Assembly (NCBI GenBank): GCA_051294375.1
Contig: CM119270.1
Span: 16,557,693-16,621,304, forward strand
Length of the DNA stretch: 63,612 nucleotides
Source: Paraspadella gotoi
Lineage: Eukaryota; Animalia; Chaetognatha
Reading direction: 5' to 3'
A program made the translations under genes and the position numbers. Shown here piece by piece: positions 58,998-63,612 of the stretch (position 1 is the first letter of the stretch; each line of letters opens with the position of its first letter). Under the pieces are notes generated by a model. That model did no database searches and was not told where the DNA came from. It was given only the letters and a program-made list of their open reading frames with translations.

Positions 58998-60314
58998 AGA
59001 AGGAGAAGAGAGAGAGAGAAGCGGGCGTTAAATTAGCGGCAATTTTTTAACGTTCGTCCATTTGCGAAAGTCGGTGACTGAGTTGCTCCGTTTGAGTCAA
59101 ACATTTTCTTTTGCGCAAAAACGAAAAACGAGAAACGAACGAAAGGAAACGAAAAGCGTTAGTCATTGCGACGGTTGCGCGCGCATCGTGCACGCAGCGA
59201 CGTGCACTCTTTTTGCGCGCAATATTTTTAACTGTGATATAATTTTTAAAAAAGCTGAAAAGCATAAATGCCATGCAGACATTTTTCAAGGAGTATACAC
59301 AATATATAATATAGATGTAAGGCGATTAATTGAATCAAATCACTACACCTAATTTCACGAACGAATAACACGCAAATGATTCTTTCACTGTGCTGCGTGC
59401 GCTTTAACGATTCAGCACAGCACCGCACAGCACACAGCGCAGCAATGTTTACAGTCTTTTATTTTCCTCTCTTCGTCCGATTATCTTCTTCGGCATCATT
59501 ATCTCTTTCTTTTCTCTTTTCGTTTGCTTCGTCGAGGGATCGGAGATCGGAGATCGGGGATCGGGGATCGGGGATCGGGGATGCCTTTTCCCCTTCAGGC
59601 CATTTTCTATCTCGTCTTGCTCAGTCCTGACTTCCCTTTTCACCATTACCTCACCCTCTTTTCACAATTACCTCATCTTCATTTCACCATTACCCTTTCC
59701 CTCATCGCCTTTTCAATGTTTTTCCTTTTTTCTTCTCAAATCCCGCATCGCATTATCTCCCTCCTCCCTCCCTCCCTCCCTTTCTCTCTCCCTCCCTCCC
59801 TCCCTCCCTCCCTTTCTTTCTCCCTCTCTCCCTCCCTCCCTCCCTCCCTTTCTCCTCCTTATTCTTTAAACAAAAAGAAAGTTTAATCACAATATTAAAC
59901 AAAATCATATCAGCTCATTTTTTTCTGTCTCACATTTCGCCCCGCTCAACCCCGTAACGTCTATCTTTAACTTTACCGTCTCTCTTCCTTTCCCTATCTG
60001 TCTCTTTCCCCTTCCCCGTCTGTCATCTTCCCCTTCCTCCCTCTTTTCCTTTCTCCATCCACCTTTCTCTTTCTCCCCTTTCCTTCTTCTTCCCCTTTCC
60101 ACATCCCTCTTCCTATTTTTCTTCATCACTCCCCCCTTTCTCCATCACCCCCTCTCTTTCCCCCATCACCCCACTCCATCCAGACCGCGTTTTCCATTTT
60201 AATGTTCTCTTTGTTGCGGCGTCGATGTTTTTTGTTAACCACAAAAAAAATGTTGTTCCATCCAACGCGAGGGGAATTTTTTTAGACGAGCGCATTTGAT
60301 GCGGGGCGGAACCG

Positions 60315-60620
60315 GTTGCGTGGCAGAGACTGCAACGTTAGAGTGGCAGAGACGGCGCCCTTAGCGTGGAAGATTCAGAGTCGTTAGCGTTGCAGAGCCT
60401 GCAATGTTTACGTAGCAGATGCAGCGCCGTTAGACAAAAATATGTGGCACCGTTAGCCGGGATTTGGAGTCGTTAGCGTGGCGGCGCCATTAGTATGGCA
60501 GGGACGACGCTGTTAGCATGGCAGATGCGGCGCCATTAGTGGGGCAAAGGCAGCGCTCTCAGCGTGGCAACGGCGGCGCCGGCAGCGTGGCAGAGATTCT
60601 ACCGTGAGCGTAGCTGGGCG
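60315..60620. repeat. Degenerate ~23-bp GC-rich minisatellite
   Basis: Repeated gttagcgtggcagagacggcgcc-like units. Confidence 0.75.
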
Positions 60621-61032
60621 CCGAATATTCGTTTGGTGTCTAAATGTAGCGAGGCTAATTCAATCGAGGAATAATCTCCGCTGAAATTACTTTTAAATAT
60701 CTAATTATATTCACCGTGGTTTAGTTCATATTTAAGTAAACTTCGAAATAGGGCAATCGTCCTTTGACCAAAAAGATTTGTCATTTTGGTCCGGAAATGG
60801 TTAAAAATCTCACTCGTGACCTCAACCGCCTCACAGCTTCACAGCTTCACAGCCTCACGATCTCACTCTATGAATTCGGTGATATTCGTTTTCCTGTGAG
60901 TCGGACTTTTTCGTCTCTGACCCAAATCAATCATTGATTCTGTCAGAGAAAGAAATTAATTTCATATTCATGGTGAATAATTCTTGGCTTTCGAAGGGAA
61001 AATATATAAGAGACGGTGGGATCGGAGACGTG

Positions 61033-61079
<47 letters not shown>

Positions 61080-61585
61080 GAGAGGGAGAGAGAGAGAGAA
61101 GAAGGAGAGGAGAGACGTGAGAGAGAGAGAGAGAGAGAGACGCTTTTTCTCCTCTCCTCCCTTCCCTCTCGCCCTCTCTTCCCTTTAATCTCAAGCGACA
61201 GATAACTTTCCAATTTCTTTTAATTTTTTTCTTTTGCTTCAACTTACCGTAGATTGAGGGATCACTCAATATTAAGTTTAACGAAATAAGTAGATAACGA
61301 TTTCCTAATTCGAATAAATCATTGATAAATTTTACAACCTTCGGCTAAAGAGAAAATTATTCCAATCGAAGCAAAAAAATACACATGTATTATCATTTAC
61401 GTAAAAACTGAGTGAAAAATCTGTATTTTAATCACATGAACTGTCAACGAAAATAACTTCAACTTCATATCGCAAAAAAAAACAAACAAACGAACCAACG
61501 AAACTACAAAACGAAACAACAAAAACGAAAACGAAAACAACGTCGTCGATTATCTCGTCACAAAAAAAAACATTGATCGCGTCCG

Positions 61586-61615
61586 CACGTGACGGGAATC
61601 ACGGACGGACGACGC

Positions 61616-61663
<48 letters not shown>

Positions 61664-61772
61664 ACAAGAAAAACGCGCGACCGCGGAGACCCGACCCACC
61701 GTCGAAGGCGTCGACGCTTCGTACACGTGACTTATGTTGCGACGCACGTGACTGATTGGCGCGGCGCACGCG
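61586..61772. promoter_or_regulatory. Three CACGTGAC E-boxes, a reverse CCAAT and a CACGCG; candidate promoter or enhancer
   Basis: cacgtgac at 61586, 61724 and 61745; ctgattggc at 61752; cacgcg at 61767. Confidence 0.3.
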
Positions 61773-62155
61773 TTCGCTTCGATTATGAGGTCGCGATTAT
61801 GGGGAGATAATTATGAGGACGAGTTGTGTGAGGTTGGAGGGAGGACGAGAGAAAGATTTATGAAAAAAAGTGAGATTGGGTGATATGAGATGGGATGAAA
61901 TGACAAAAGGATATGGTAGGTGTTGAGATGAGATGAGATGAGATGAGATGAGATGAGATGAGATGAAACAAGATGAGATTTAATCTTTCGTCTTTCATCT
62001 CTCATCTCCCTTCTCCCATCTCTCGTCTCTCATCTCCCTTCTCTCAACTCCCGTTTCCCATCTCCCGTCTCCCATCTCCCGTCTCCCATCTCCCATCTCC
62101 TGTCCCCTTATTTCAATCCTCTTGATTCAAATTCAAACGACGCACGACGCCGAAA

Positions 62156-62191
<36 letters not shown>

Positions 62192-62878
62192 TGATGCCAA
62201 CGGCTTACGATTCTCCTACCAACGACGCCGTCTTTCGGCGTCAAGGGCGCCATAAGAGCCATGAGTGCCGCGGCGACGCGTGATTCGTCGCCAGGGCCGC
62301 CGCCGCCGCCGCTTTTCCTCGCGTGGCCTTCTTTGTCCCCGACCGTCGTCCCGGAAGTGGAGCTCGCGGCGCTGGCAACGAGATGGCGCCGGCACGAGGA
62401 AAGCGATGGCAACGCTGTAGAGAGCAAAGGGATGCCAAGCGGTCGGTGCCAAGTTTGGTGGCGTCGTCGTCGTCATGGAAGCGGGATTGGAAATGTTGTC
62501 GTTGGCAAGGGTGAGTAATTGAGGAGGAACGAGGGAGAGAGAAGGAGGAAGAGAAGGAGGAGGGGAGGGGGTGAGAGGAAGAGAGGAAGAAAGGGAAGAA
62601 AAGATTAAGAAAGAGAGAAGGGGGGTAGGAAAACTGAGTAAAGGAGTTGGTGAAACAAGTAAAATAGATGAAATTATTGTATTAGACGACAAAAAGACAA
62701 ATGTAATAACAGCGAAAACGTAATTCGCGGCGAGAAAAGTCGTTACGCACCAATTTTAAAAGTTTATTCACTGTGGGGCGAGCACACCGCGGTTGAAACG
62801 ACTCTCGGTTGCCACGGAAACCAATTTGGCCCCCGAAGCCAAAAATCTCTATTGTTTACCGCCGAGCGTGAAGAGGAG

Positions 62879-62913
<35 letters not shown>

Positions 62914-63117
62914 GGATGAGGAGGAGGAGTGAAGAGAGGTTCATGGTGCGATGATCGCTAATTCCATGGTGTCACGACGCTGCGATTCCAAAGGCGACTC
63001 GAGATTTCACGATTCACAAATTCACGGATTTACGCGGCGACGACAGGAAGAGTGAGATTGAGATGGAGTAGATGGAGATCGATATGAGGGGGGAGAGAGA
63101 GAAAGAGAGAGAGAGAG

Positions 63118-63197
<80 letters not shown>

Positions 63198-63578
63198 TAG
63201 AGAATTGTTTACCCGATTATGGTTCATATTTTTGCAGAAACATGATGTTTCAGAACTTAGGATAAGAATGATGAGTAAGTAAAAATGTAAATGAAAAATA
63301 TTACAAATATGCTGTGGCTGTAGTTTAATGCGTAAAAACTTTTTAACACCGAAATATTGCAAATGTCGTATTTTTTGAAATTAAAAATAGGTTTTATGTA
63401 GTCTTTAAACTCAGGCGAAAGGGAAGTAAAGAAAATAGAAAAGAGAAAATAGAAAATAGAAAAAGGGAAAAGGGAAAATAGAAAAGAGAAAAAAGGAAAA
63501 TTCAAAAGGGAAAAGGGAAAAGGAAAAGCAAAAGGGAAAAAAGGCGACGAAACTGAAACACAACCGAAATGCCGGCTA

Positions 63579-63612
<34 letters not shown>

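Overview
Draft, gappy, AT-rich animal genomic scaffold, dense in (GA)n, (CTTT)n and (GAC/GTC)n microsatellites. Four exactly 25-N gaps and indel-noisy segments suggest long-read gap filling. One complete gene is well supported: a three-exon Fez-family zinc-finger gene (Fezf/earmuff orthologue, + strand, 38505-41800, about 940 aa, with an eh1 motif and six C2H2 fingers), lying in an otherwise gene-poor region. Two spliced exons of an unrecognised His-rich protein lie at 1015-1477. A ~2.5-3 kb non-autonomous hAT-like DNA element occurs twice in opposite orientation (4.2-7.1 kb and 46.8-49.9 kb), and an empty-site version of the second insertion is assembled next to it. The most interesting signal is a ~330-340 nt dispersed repeat (four loci) that contains a circularly permuted, P5-type twister ribozyme fold with compensatory changes in both pseudoknots. 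One copy is a 1.25-mer whose 5' end falls at the predicted self-cleavage site, which suggests a twister-based retrozyme-like retroelement. Most ORFs in the supplied track are microsatellite or N-gap artefacts.
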